64,000 bases of DNA from Alistipes sp. GTDB lineage: Bacteria; Bacteroidota; Bacteroidia; Bacteroidales; Rikenellaceae. Positions 1-9,581 of the stretch are shown here, in pieces. Numbering within the stretch: position 1 is the first letter of the stretch; each line of letters starts with the position of its first letter. The position numbers were made by a program, and so were the translations under genes. The notes below the pieces were generated by a model. The model was not told the origin of the DNA, made no database searches, and saw only the letters and a program-made list of their open reading frames with translations. Where the stretch lies: assembly GCA_017505725.1 (NCBI GenBank), contig JAFVOR010000102.1, forward strand, positions 20,634 through 84,633. The letters are read 5' to 3'.

Positions 1-25
1 TATAAACCCTTAAAACAGATATAAT

Positions 26-1072
26 ATGTTGAGAATTAAGACTAAAGAGGCTGGCTCGTGGCTTATTGGAGCTGTGGCAGGTGCGTGCACAATGGTTGTC
101 TCGCTGGCAACACTTGATCTCAGATCGTACTGGTGGGTTGTCATAGTGGCAACAGTCGGAACATTCGTGGGCGTTTCACTCTTTGCTTTGTGGATAATAA
201 CCAAGTATGTAGCATACAAGTTGCACCCAATCTATTCGACAGTATTCTCGCGCGATGTTCACACCGCAGAGATGCTCGACGAGTTAAAGGATAAGCGAGT
301 AGAGGATATCTCGAACGAGCTCTCGTCGTGGGCAGACGACAACGACAAGGAGATTGCCCGCCTGAAGGATGTAGAGAAGTTCCGCAAGCAATATCTCGGA
401 AATGTGGCTCACGAGCTCAAGACCCCTATTTTCAATATTCAGGGCTATATCTCGACTCTTCTCGATGGCGGTATCGACGACGAGATTATCAACCGCAAAT
501 ACCTTGAGCGTGCCGAGAAGAGCGTCAATCGTATGATCAACATCATTCGTGACCTCGACACCATCTCCTCGCTCGAGAACGATATGGAGATGATGAAGTC
601 GGAGACATTCGACATCGTGGCACTTGCCAAGGAGATCGCCGAGCAGTGCGAGATGGAGGCTGCCAAGAAGAACATCACACTCAATGTTAAGTTCTCGACC
701 AACCTTCCGTCACGCTTCTGGGTATCGGCCGACAAGTTCTACATTGGCCAGGTGCTCGAAAACCTCATTATGAACTCAATTCGCTATGGCAAGGAGGGAG
801 GTCAGACCAAGCTCGACTTCCGTGATATGCTCGACAAGATTCTCATCGAGGTCGAGGATAACGGTATAGGCATTGCCAAGAGCGATGCTCCGCGTGTATT
901 CGAGCGTTTCTACCGCACCGACACCGGTCGTTCGCGTGAGCAGGGTGGTACAGGCCTCGGACTCGCCATCGTCAAGCACATTGTCGAGGGTCACGGTGAG
1001 CGTGTATCGGTGCGTAGCGAGTTGGGCGTAGGCTCGACATTTACATTCACACTCAAGAAGGTTGAGTTATAA
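26..1072 (+). CDS. Two-component sensor histidine kinase (PhoR/RprX-like)
   Basis: Two N-terminal TM helices; H-box NVAHELKTP; N-box ENLIMNSIRY; G boxes DNGIGI, RFYR, GGTGLGLAIVKH. Confidence 0.93.
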   Translation: MLRIKTKEAGSWLIGAVAGACTMVVSLATLDLRSYWWVVIVATVGTFVGVSLFALWIITKYVAYKLHPIYSTVFSRDVHTAEMLDELKDKRVEDISNELSSWADDNDKEIARLKDVEKFRKQYLGNVAHELKTPIFNIQGYISTLLDGGIDDEIINRKYLERAEKSVNRMINIIRDLDTISSLENDMEMMKSETFDIVALAKEIAEQCEMEAAKKNITLNVKFSTNLPSRFWVSADKFYIGQVLENLIMNSIRYGKEGGQTKLDFRDMLDKILIEVEDNGIGIAKSDAPRVFERFYRTDTGRSREQGGTGLGLAIVKHIVEGHGERVSVRSELGVGSTFTFTLKKVEL

Positions 1073-1083
1073 CACTTTACGCA

Positions 1084-1971
1084 ATGAATCTATTGGCTAT
1101 AGTTTGGGATTTTGATCCTACATTTATCGAGATTTTCGGTTTCGAGATTCGCTGGTACTCACTCTCGTGGGTAGCGGCACTCTTGTTTGGCGGATGGCTA
1201 TTCTCCTACTTCTGTAAAAGAGAGGGAAAGCCCGAGGAGGTTTCGGACCGAGCATTTATATATATTGCCCTCGGCACCATCATTGGCGCACGATTGGGTC
1301 ATTGTCTCTTCTACGAGCCTATGGAGTACCTACGCGAACCTTGGCGCATCATCACAGGCATTCGCGAGGGCGGTCTTGCCAGCCACGGTGCCGCCATTGG
1401 CATCATCCTCGGCATCTTGCTCTCGTCACGCAAGAGCAAGGTCTCGGTGTGGTGGACAGCCGACCGCTTGGGCATCATCGCTCCTCTGAGCGGTGCAATG
1501 ATTCGTCTCGGCAACCTCTGCAACTCGGAGATTATCGGCAACGAGACCACCGTACTTTGGGGCTTCAAGTTTATGCGACTCTATCCGAATTGGCCCGAGC
1601 AGGCTGTGCCTGTATGTCATCCGACACAGCTCTACGAGGCTCTCGCATACATCCTTTGTTTCACCGTGCTATTCCTCCTCTACCGCAAGACCTCGGTGGC
1701 CAAGCGCGAGGGATTCATCTTCGGTGGGGCATTGGTGGGTATCTTCCTGCCTCGATTCATAATCGAGTTCGTGAAGATAGACCAAGTGGCATTCGAGCAG
1801 GGTATGACATTCAATATGGGACAGTGGCTCTCGATTCCGTTCATCATCATCGGCACTCTGATTATGATTTGGGCCTGGTATCGATACAAAGCTGTGCCAG
1901 AGCCACAGAGCGCAAAGATGACAACTCCGCACACTAACGAGTCAAAGAAAAAACGACACTTCAAGAAGTAA
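1084..1971 (+). CDS. lgt: Prolipoprotein diacylglyceryl transferase
   Basis: IRWY, GARLGH, GGLASHG, RLGNLCNSE, HPTQLYE and MGQWLS motifs. Confidence 0.96.
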   Translation: MNLLAIVWDFDPTFIEIFGFEIRWYSLSWVAALLFGGWLFSYFCKREGKPEEVSDRAFIYIALGTIIGARLGHCLFYEPMEYLREPWRIITGIREGGLASHGAAIGIILGILLSSRKSKVSVWWTADRLGIIAPLSGAMIRLGNLCNSEIIGNETTVLWGFKFMRLYPNWPEQAVPVCHPTQLYEALAYILCFTVLFLLYRKTSVAKREGFIFGGALVGIFLPRFIIEFVKIDQVAFEQGMTFNMGQWLSIPFIIIGTLIMIWAWYRYKAVPEPQSAKMTTPHTNESKKKRHFKK

Positions 1972-2870
1972 TGAAACAACAAGTTGACAATCTTATAGCA
2001 AATATTCTCCTCAGGGAGGGAGAGGTGTGTCTGCCACAGGTGGGCACACTCATTTTAGTGCGCAACGCTGCAAGACTCACCTCGAATAGCGAATTGCAAG
2101 CTCCGCATCGTGAACTACGATTCACACGCGAGGAGCGTGGCACAAGCCTCATAACACACCTTATGAAGGTAGCTTCGCTATCCGACGAGCGAGCATCGGA
2201 TATCTATGCCGAGTGGCGCAACCAATCGCTCCGCAACGATATCCTTACAATCGGAGGGGTATGCTGTGTCGAGAACAACAAGGTCGAGATTGAGGCTAAA
2301 TTCGACTCCCTGGCAAACCCAGGTGGTCGCAGAGCCATCAAGGTCACACAACGCAAGGGCCACCTTATATATATATTGGCATCCCTCTCGGTGTTGTTAG
2401 CTCTCTGCGTAGGAGGTTATCTTCTTCACGCGAATGACTTGCTCGACCTTTCATCCCAAACAAAAGAGGAGCAGATAGCCGAAAATAGCGGCATCAACAT
2501 CACCATCGAGCCTATACCAGACGAAAAGGTGGCGAACGAGGAGGTGGAGACAATAGAGGCTCCGGCTGCAGACACTCTCACACAGAAATTGCCCGCCGAG
2601 GAGGTTGTCGCACAACCTACAACACTACCTATGACCAAAGGTCGCAGTTATGCGGTTTGGGGAGTCTATACCGAGCTTAAAAATGCCGAAAGTGCGAAGG
2701 TCTGGCTGAACAGCAAATACCCTGAGATTGATGCCCAAATCTACGAGTACGACGAGCGATATATGGTGGCTCTCTGCGAGTTGACATCACGCACAGCGTG
2801 TGGCAAGCAGGTCTCGGCGTGGAAGGCAAAGTCCAAGAATTTCAAGGATGTGTGGGTTTACACTCGATAG
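1971..2870 (+). CDS. Membrane-anchored protein with HU-like N-terminus and SPOR-like C-terminus
   Basis: N-terminal LLREGEVCLPQVGTL (HU-CCDC81-like), single TM, acidic linker, C-terminal YAVWGVY...DVWVY. Confidence 0.6.
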   Translation: MKQQVDNLIANILLREGEVCLPQVGTLILVRNAARLTSNSELQAPHRELRFTREERGTSLITHLMKVASLSDERASDIYAEWRNQSLRNDILTIGGVCCVENNKVEIEAKFDSLANPGGRRAIKVTQRKGHLIYILASLSVLLALCVGGYLLHANDLLDLSSQTKEEQIAENSGINITIEPIPDEKVANEEVETIEAPAADTLTQKLPAEEVVAQPTTLPMTKGRSYAVWGVYTELKNAESAKVWLNSKYPEIDAQIYEYDERYMVALCELTSRTACGKQVSAWKAKSKNFKDVWVYTR

Positions 2871-2873
2871 CAG

Positions 2874-3350
2874 ATGAGGCTGAGCGAACTCATAACCAAA
2901 GCGATAGACGCTCTCTACCTGAAGCCATTGCGTAGGGTAGTGCCACAGCCACTCTTTCGATACCTGGCTTGTGGTGCACTCACTGCACTGCTCGATGCGG
3001 TGTGGTACTACATCATATACCACCACCTCGTGTGTGAAAGGGTAGTCGAGGTGGGGTGCATAGCCCTATCACCTCACATTGCGGCCTTGTGTGTGGTATT
3101 TCCCATAACCTTCTTCACAGGCTTTTGGCTCAATCGCAATGTCGCTTTTCGCACTACGCACATATCCACCGCACCTCAGTTGGCGAAATATGCCCTTACG
3201 GTAGTGGGATCAATAGCCTTGAACTACGCTTGTATGAAATTGTTTGTCGATGCGTGTGGTCTGTGGGCAACCCCGTCGAAGATGCTCACCACAATAGTCT
3301 GCGCCGCATATAGCTTCGCTGCAGGCCGCTATTTCACCTTCAAAGGGTAA
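2874..3350 (+). CDS. GtrA family protein
   Basis: 158 aa, four TM helices, FRYLACG and FWLNRNVAF, ends RYFTFK. Confidence 0.88.
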   Translation: MRLSELITKAIDALYLKPLRRVVPQPLFRYLACGALTALLDAVWYYIIYHHLVCERVVEVGCIALSPHIAALCVVFPITFFTGFWLNRNVAFRTTHISTAPQLAKYALTVVGSIALNYACMKLFVDACGLWATPSKMLTTIVCAAYSFAAGRYFTFKG

Positions 3351-3387
3351 GATTTTTACTCCAAGAGAAAATTTTATTGCAATAATT

Positions 3388-3418
3388 TTTGCATTGTTGC
3401 GAAAAAGCGTTATCTTTG
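3388..3418 (+). promoter_or_regulatory. Bacteroidota primary-sigma promoter of tRNA-Ser
   Basis: TTTG (3388-3391), 19-nt spacer, TATCTTTG (3411-3418): the -33/-7 consensus. Confidence 0.75.
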
Positions 3419-3445
3419 CACACCTTTTAAGGGTTACAGCACTAC

Positions 3446-3532
3446 GGAGAGTTGGGTGAGTGGCTGAAACCAGCAGTTTGCTAAACTGCCGATATCGTAA
3501 GGTATCCACTGGTTCGAATCCAGTACTCTCCG
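3446..3532 (+). tRNA. tRNA-Ser(GCT)
   Basis: Acceptor GGAGAGT/ACTCTCC; anticodon arm GCAGT-TTGCTAA-ACTGC; long variable arm; GGTTCGAATCC T-loop. Confidence 0.97.
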
Positions 3533-3549
3533 CAATCAAGGAACGAAGC

Positions 3550-3580
3550 AAGAAGATGTCGAAAGACATCTTCTTTGTTT
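3550..3580 (+). terminator. Intrinsic terminator after tRNA
   Basis: AAGAAGATGTC-GAAA-GACATCTTCTT followed by TGTTT. Confidence 0.75.
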
Positions 3581-3667
3581 ATGCATATCATAGAACAAAC
3601 TTGTTTGTGAGATGAAATGCATAAACAAAGATACCGTTGCGAAGCAACTTCTTGCGCAGTGAATTGG

Positions 3668-3973
3668 TTGCAAGGGCCCCCGCGGCGAGCGGAATGGAAA
3701 GGCGTTAAACGAAGCAGATATATCTGCGTAGTAGCCAATCCAGTACTCTCCGCAAAAGGACAAAGGCAAGAGATGTTGGAAACAACATCTCTTTTTATTT
3801 GCACATTCGGCTCAAATTTATTTGTGGGTAAAAAATGTGCAAATAAAAAGATTTGGCGCTTGCGCCTCTTGCCGCAGTTCTTTTGCAAGGGCCCCCGCGG
3901 CAAGCGGAATGGAAAGGCGTTAAACGGAGCAGATATTATCTGCGTAGTAGTCAATCCAGTACTCTCCGCAAAA
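3668..3973 (+). repeat. Two ~90-bp direct repeats, each ending in the tRNA-Ser 3' end (tRNA-linked repeats)
   Basis: Copies at 3668-3757 and 3883-3973; AATCCAGTACTCTCCGCAA occurs at 3517, 3737 and 3953. Confidence 0.9.
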
Positions 3974-4091
3974 CAAAAAAAATAACAAAGGAGTTCCTTT
4001 ATTATTTTATTCATTTTGAGGTGGTTAGACAGGTTGCGCAATCTGTGGCTTATTGGGCTTATTGGTCAAAATTAGTACATAAATGCGGGTA

Positions 4092-4139
4092 TGAAGTGAC
4101 CCCAAAAGTTTGGACAAAAAAACTTTTGGGGTCACTTCA
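4092..4139. mobile_element. 48-bp inverted-repeat remnant resembling fused IS3/IS150-group ends
   Basis: TGAAGTGACCCCAAAAGTTT-8nt-AAACTTTTGGGGTCACTTCA; perfect 20-bp IR with TG...CA termini. Confidence 0.6.
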
Positions 4140-4252
4140 CTGTCTTTTTTTTTGTTTTTAATTGCAGCATATCCGAACTGCGTTTGTTTGATTTGGTTAA
4201 TTCTCTTTTTTTTATTACTTTTGTGGAACATTAAACCCAAAAACACACCTCT

Positions 4253-5344
4253 ATGAAAAAAATTATTCACCTATCAATTCTTGCAATCATCGTTGCGATG
4301 TCTGGTCTGTCGGAGGTTTCGGCTCAAAAGAAGAGCTATCCGCGCAAATATGTCGATGCCTCGACACTCACCATCATCAATAAGGCACAAGATGACGGAA
4401 TGGCATTCAAACGACTTAATGCAGAGACCTTCTCGGCCCCAAAGTCGCTCGAGAACAGCAGCACCGGCATCGCCATCCTCTTCCGCACCGATAGTCGCTT
4501 TATCGAGGCTCGCTGGACAACATCGAGCAAGAAGTTGGGCAACAATATGACACCTATATTCCATAGCGGTCTCGACCTCTACATCCGCGAGAACGGTGAG
4601 TGGATATTCGCAGGTGTAGGTCGCCCTAAGATCAACAGCACCGAGCACAAATACACCATTGTCAACCGTATGGCCGACGGTATGAAGGAGTGTATGCTCT
4701 ATCTGCCAATGTTCAACTGCGTGACCAAGCTCGAGATTGGCATCAGTCCCGATGCTACCATCGAGGCTATACCTTCGCCTTTCAAGTACAAGATTATGTT
4801 CGTAGGCTCGAGCATCACCCACGGAGCCTCTGCTTCGCGTCCCGGCGGAGCCTATGTGGCACGAATGGGCCGAGCTTTGAATGCTGAGACACCGAATATC
4901 GGCCTGAGTGGCAAATGCAAGCTCGATGACTACTTTGCAAATATCGTGTGCGAGAGCAAGGCCGACGCCTACATCTTCGATACATTCTCGAACTCGATTG
5001 CCAAGCAGATTGACGAGCGACTCTATGGCTTTGTCAAGCGCATCACCGAGGCTCATCCGGGCAAGCCGATGATATTCTTGCAGACAGTAAAACGAGATAT
5101 CGGCTACTTCAACCTCGGATCACGCAAGCGCAATGACGACCAACGCGCTGCGGCTGTGAAGGGTATGGAGCGTATATGCAAGGAGTTCAAGCACGTCTAC
5201 TTCATCAACCCCGGACTCTATAGCGGTGAGGACATGGAAGGCACAATTGATGGTACACACCTCAATGACCTCGGCGTACAGCGCACACTCGACAACGCAC
5301 TGCCAAAGATCAAGAAGATTCTCAAGAAGTATAAGATCAAGTAG
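4253..5344 (+). CDS. Secreted SGNH/GDSL hydrolase with GxDLY N-terminal domain
   Basis: Signal peptide; HSGLDLY; FVGSSITHG; DGTHLND. Confidence 0.9.
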   Translation: MKKIIHLSILAIIVAMSGLSEVSAQKKSYPRKYVDASTLTIINKAQDDGMAFKRLNAETFSAPKSLENSSTGIAILFRTDSRFIEARWTTSSKKLGNNMTPIFHSGLDLYIRENGEWIFAGVGRPKINSTEHKYTIVNRMADGMKECMLYLPMFNCVTKLEIGISPDATIEAIPSPFKYKIMFVGSSITHGASASRPGGAYVARMGRALNAETPNIGLSGKCKLDDYFANIVCESKADAYIFDTFSNSIAKQIDERLYGFVKRITEAHPGKPMIFLQTVKRDIGYFNLGSRKRNDDQRAAAVKGMERICKEFKHVYFINPGLYSGEDMEGTIDGTHLNDLGVQRTLDNALPKIKKILKKYKIK

Positions 5345-5511
5345 CAGTCACACATACAACCACACCACAGAGGGGCATCCTGCAAGTTTTTCTCGAGGAT
5401 GCCCTTTTTCCTTTTTTCGAATAAAAAAGCGCACTCATCGCAATAAAGTTTCAAAAAAAAGCACTATCTTTGTGCGTTATAGTGAAAAACAATAAAAAAC
5501 AGATAATGACT

Positions 5512-6105
5512 ATGAAAAAGATTTTTATCGCAACCTTGGCAGTTTTGGCATTCGCAGGTTGCAACAACGAGAAGAAGGCAGAGAATGTAGCAGAGGCAAA
5601 CGCAACCGAGACCGTTGCAACAGTGTCGTCGAGCGACATCGCAGTTGTGGATGTAATCTTTGTGGTTAATGAGAGCGAGATTGCAAAGACCGAGGGTGTA
5701 GCACTCCGCAACAAGATGGCTAAGACTGAGGAGAAGTTCGCAAAGAAGGACCAGAATATTCAGAAGGAGATGCAGCAGCTTGCAGAGAGGTACCAGAAGG
5801 GCTTGATCACCACCCGTGACGCACAGGCCAAGGAGCAGGAGTTGCAGAAGCGTGCCGCAGCATTGCAGGAGCAGGCTCAGAAGGAGGTTCCGGCATTGCA
5901 GGAGGAGGAGATGGTACTCAACAACCGTGTAAACGACCTCATTAAGCGTGCTATCCAGACTATCAACGCCGACAAGAGATACAAGTTGGTTGTAAACACG
6001 ACTGCACTTCTCGACGCTGACGAGTCGCTCAACATCACCAAGCAGGTACTCGACAAGGTAAATGAGCTCTACGCAGCTGAGAAGGCCGAGAGCGCAAAGA
6101 AGTAG
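5512..6105 (+). CDS. OmpH/Skp-family lipoprotein
   Basis: Lipobox LAFAGC; IAVVDV followed by a long coiled coil; ends NITKQVLDKVN. Confidence 0.8.
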   Translation: MKKIFIATLAVLAFAGCNNEKKAENVAEANATETVATVSSSDIAVVDVIFVVNESEIAKTEGVALRNKMAKTEEKFAKKDQNIQKEMQQLAERYQKGLITTRDAQAKEQELQKRAAALQEQAQKEVPALQEEEMVLNNRVNDLIKRAIQTINADKRYKLVVNTTALLDADESLNITKQVLDKVNELYAAEKAESAKK

Positions 6106-6134
6106 TCAACCAAACCACAAAAGGGTAGAGAGTT

Positions 6135-6950
6135 ATGGGCTTTATTCCGTTCACCTTCATAGACTTTCTCGACATTCTGCTTGTTGCGGGATTCCTATTC
6201 ATTGTCTATCGCGCAATGAGGGGCACGAATGCACCATACATTATGGTGGGTATCGTGATGGTCTATTTGGCTTGGGTGATAGTCAAGGCTCTGAATATGG
6301 AGCTTCTGTCGACTATCCTTGGACAGGTTATCAGCGTGGGAGTAATTGCTCTGCTCGTAATATTCCAACCCGAGTTGCGTCGTTTCCTCTTCAAACTCGG
6401 AATGCGCCAGAAGGAGTTGGACTTTCTCAACCGCATATTCTCGCTACGCAACAAGCAGGATAACACCAACTTCTCGCCCATCACTTCGGCCTGTATGGAG
6501 ATGAGCGACGAGAAGGTGGGTGCACTCATCGTATTCCGTCGCAAAGACGATCTTCAGTTTGTCATCGAGAGTGGCATTGCGGTTGATGCAAATATCACCC
6601 GCTCGCTCATCAAAAACATATTCTTCAAGAATGCACCTCTGCACGATGGCGCAGTTGTCATCGACAACAACCGCATAGTGGCCGCAAAGTGTATACTTCC
6701 CGTTACGCAAAGCAATGTTCCCAAGAGCTTGGGTACACGCCACCGCGCCGCCATCGGCATCAGCGAGATGACGGATGCCGTCGTGATTGTCGTATCGGAG
6801 GAGACTGGCAAGATTAGCATCATCAAGGGTGGCAAGGCGGAGTCAAATATCGACCCTCAGCGACTTAACGCCCAGCTCAAGGAGGCTCTCGAGGAGTACG
6901 ACGACGATAAGCGAGGTAAGGGCGAGACACCTACAGATGCACAAGAGTAG
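6135..6950 (+). CDS. cdaA: Diadenylate cyclase CdaA
   Basis: Three TM helices; FQPELRR; PLHDGA; GTRHRAA; VSEETG. Confidence 0.95.
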   Translation: MGFIPFTFIDFLDILLVAGFLFIVYRAMRGTNAPYIMVGIVMVYLAWVIVKALNMELLSTILGQVISVGVIALLVIFQPELRRFLFKLGMRQKELDFLNRIFSLRNKQDNTNFSPITSACMEMSDEKVGALIVFRRKDDLQFVIESGIAVDANITRSLIKNIFFKNAPLHDGAVVIDNNRIVAAKCILPVTQSNVPKSLGTRHRAAIGISEMTDAVVIVVSEETGKISIIKGGKAESNIDPQRLNAQLKEALEEYDDDKRGKGETPTDAQE

Positions 6951-6989
6951 GGTAGTGGAACAGAAAAACATTATAAACCTTTTAGATAT

Positions 6990-8453
6990 ATGAAAAGGGG
7001 ATTCGATAACGAGAAATATCTGCACATACAGTCCGAGCAGATCAAGAAGCGCATTGCGCAGTTTGGCGACAAACTCTACCTTGAGTTTGGAGGTAAGTTG
7101 TTCGACGACCACCACGCCAGCCGTGTATTGCCGGGATTCGCACCCGACAGCAAGTTGCAGATGCTCTTGCAGTTGAAAGACGAGGCGGAGATGATTCTCG
7201 TAATCAGCGCATTGGATATCGAGAAGAACAAGATGCGCGGCGACTTGGGCATCACCTACAACGAGGATGTGCTTCGTCTGCGAGGCATATTCGAGGGGTT
7301 GGGACTGTGCGTGAGTGGAGTGGTCATCACCCACTACAATGGCCAGTCGAGTGCCGATTCCTATCGCAAACGCCTCGAGAGACAGGGCATCAAGGTCTAC
7401 TACCACTACACCATAGAGGGATATCCTCACAATGTGGCTCTGATAGACTCGGACGAGGGCTTCGGCAAGAACGACTATGTCGAGACTACGCGCCCGCTTG
7501 TGTTCGTGACAGCTCCGGGTCCTGGTAGTGGCAAGATGGCAGTATGCTTGAGTCAGCTCTACCACGAGAACAAGCGCAACATCAAGGCTGGCTATGCCAA
7601 GTTCGAGACCTTCCCTGTGTGGAACTTGCCATTAAAGCACCCTGTAAACATAGCCTACGAGGCGGCTACAGCCGATCTGAACGATATAAATATGATCGAC
7701 CCATTCCACCTCGAAGCATACGGAAAGGTTGCATCGAGCTACAATCGTGACATTGAGATATTTCCTGTGCTGAACACCCTCTTCGAGGCGATATATGGCG
7801 AGAGCCCATACAAGTCGCCAACCGATATGGGTGTAAATATGATCGGCTTCTGCTTCAGCGACGAGGAGGTGTGTTGCGCAGCTGCAAAAGATGAGGTTAT
7901 TCGTCGCTACTACTATGCACTCTGCAATCTGGCGCAGAGGGGTGACAACGAGCACGAGGTGAACAAACTCTCGCTCATTATGAAGCAGGCAAAACTGACC
8001 ACCGCCGACCGCAAAACCACCGTAGCCGCCAACGAACGCAAAGAGAAGGAGGGGGTACCTTGCTCGGCTATTGAGCTGCAAGATGGAACAATCATCACCG
8101 CCAGCACAAGTGCGCTATTGGGCCCAAGTGCAGCACTTCTGCTCAATGCTGCCAAGCACTTGGCGGGCATTCCGCACGATGTAAAACTCATCCCCGAGCG
8201 AATGATTAAGCCTATACAGAACACCAAAGTGGGGTTGTTGCACGGCGGTAATCCCCGTCTCCACACCGACGAGGTGCTGGTTGCATTGTCGATGTTGAGC
8301 ATCACAGACGAGAATTGCCACAAAGCTCTCGAGCAACTTCCGAAACTCGATGGCTGCCAGGTGCACTCAACAGTTATGCTCAGCGAAGTAGATCACAAGA
8401 TTTTCAAGAAGTTGGGCGTAGGACTCACCTGTGATCCTGTCGCCAAAGAGTAG
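6990..8453 (+). CDS. DUF1846 (UPF0371) P-loop protein
   Basis: KLYLEFGGKL, TAPGPGSGK, GYAKFETFP, SPTDMGVN. Confidence 0.92.
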   Translation: MKRGFDNEKYLHIQSEQIKKRIAQFGDKLYLEFGGKLFDDHHASRVLPGFAPDSKLQMLLQLKDEAEMILVISALDIEKNKMRGDLGITYNEDVLRLRGIFEGLGLCVSGVVITHYNGQSSADSYRKRLERQGIKVYYHYTIEGYPHNVALIDSDEGFGKNDYVETTRPLVFVTAPGPGSGKMAVCLSQLYHENKRNIKAGYAKFETFPVWNLPLKHPVNIAYEAATADLNDINMIDPFHLEAYGKVASSYNRDIEIFPVLNTLFEAIYGESPYKSPTDMGVNMIGFCFSDEEVCCAAAKDEVIRRYYYALCNLAQRGDNEHEVNKLSLIMKQAKLTTADRKTTVAANERKEKEGVPCSAIELQDGTIITASTSALLGPSAALLLNAAKHLAGIPHDVKLIPERMIKPIQNTKVGLLHGGNPRLHTDEVLVALSMLSITDENCHKALEQLPKLDGCQVHSTVMLSEVDHKIFKKLGVGLTCDPVAKE

Positions 8454-8515
8454 CCTCCCAAGTCTAGAATAGGGTGGGAATACAAATGAGGGGCAACGAA
8501 TAGCTCCACCATAAT

Positions 8516-8553
8516 AAACACCGCATTACCAATCGGCAATGCGGTGTTTGTTT
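8516..8553. terminator. Bidirectional terminator hairpin
   Basis: AAACACCGCATT...AATGCGGTGTTT between convergent genes. Confidence 0.75.
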
Positions 8554-8555
8554 GA

Positions 8556-9581
8556 TTAGTGCATCATCTTGCCCGGTACATCCCTCACGCAACGCACCGA
8601 ATAGGCGTCGTGAGGCCAAGCCATAGGGTGTACCTCCAAGTCCCCGTCACCAAAATGAAAATGCCATACCGAACCTTCACTGCCACCGTGGCGATCGGTC
8701 CAATAGACACCCTTCTTTTCGCGCCAACCGCATTTACCATCGAGATCACGATAACCTCCCATCGAGAGGAAAATTCGAGGTGCGTTAGTGCTATAAGGCT
8801 TCGGTCCCGAAAACCAGCGCCCCTTCTGACCGCCATCGTAATAGACGGTCTCCTCGGAGTAGTTCTTACACAACTCCTGATAGTCGTGCAAGTCGGCTAC
8901 ACGCCAACCGTTAGGGCAAGGATCATTCTCCTTGTTCTTGCGAATCTCCATCGTTTCGGACTGAAGCCATAACTTCATATCGTTGCGAGTCCAGTTAAAC
9001 CATCCTCCCTTTTGGTGATAATAGTGACGATTCGGATACTTACGCGCTTCCGCAGGAGTCACCGGAGCACTAACAAGCTCGGCTGTAGTCTTATCGGGAC
9101 GCACATTGTGAGCAGGAGTCATATATGGTTCACCATAACCCTGACCGTGCTTACGCCCCCACTGATAGAGCTTACCATAAGGGTAGTCGGTCTTGTGGTA
9201 GCCGCAGTTTACGGGTGCCCACACCACCGTACCGATGAGGACTCCGCCACCGTGGTTGATGCCATACTCGTCGATATAGTCGCAATCGGTCTCGCGCTGA
9301 ATATTCTGCCCCTCATCAGTCGCTGCAATAACCTTCGTTGCCACTGCCTCCGAAATAGGGGAGTGCGAGGAGCTACTCTGCTGTGGCTGCTCTTGCTCTT
9401 GTTGTTGCTGTTGTTGCTGATGTTGTGCCTTTTTCTGCTGCACCGCGTTTTTAATCTCGGACTTGACAGTCTCGCCAACCGCCTTACCGACAGATTTTCC
9501 AAGTTGTTGCAGAAAACTTTGAGCTTCGACATTACCTGCCAGGAGCGCAAGGATAACTAATAAAGAGAGTTTCGATTTCAT
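8556..9581 (-). CDS. Secreted FISUMP (Fibrobacter succinogenes major paralogous) domain protein with poly-Q linker
   Basis: Signal peptide; WAPVNCG, YGKLYQWGR, DPCPNGWR, YWT, AYSVRCVRD. Confidence 0.82.
   Translation of the reverse strand: MKSKLSLLVILALLAGNVEAQSFLQQLGKSVGKAVGETVKSEIKNAVQQKKAQHQQQQQQQEQEQPQQSSSSHSPISEAVATKVIAATDEGQNIQRETDCDYIDEYGINHGGGVLIGTVVWAPVNCGYHKTDYPYGKLYQWGRKHGQGYGEPYMTPAHNVRPDKTTAELVSAPVTPAEARKYPNRHYYHQKGGWFNWTRNDMKLWLQSETMEIRKNKENDPCPNGWRVADLHDYQELCKNYSEETVYYDGGQKGRWFSGPKPYSTNAPRIFLSMGGYRDLDGKCGWREKKGVYWTDRHGGSEGSVWHFHFGDGDLEVHPMAWPHDAYSVRCVRDVPGKMMH

Noticed and set aside
3532-4250. Prophage or genomic island at tRNA-Ser
   Set aside because: The att-like duplications enclose only ~200 bp each and there is no integrase or phage gene.
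8556-9000. Complete diversity-generating retroelement
   Set aside because: No reverse transcriptase, Avd or template repeat is visible in the window.
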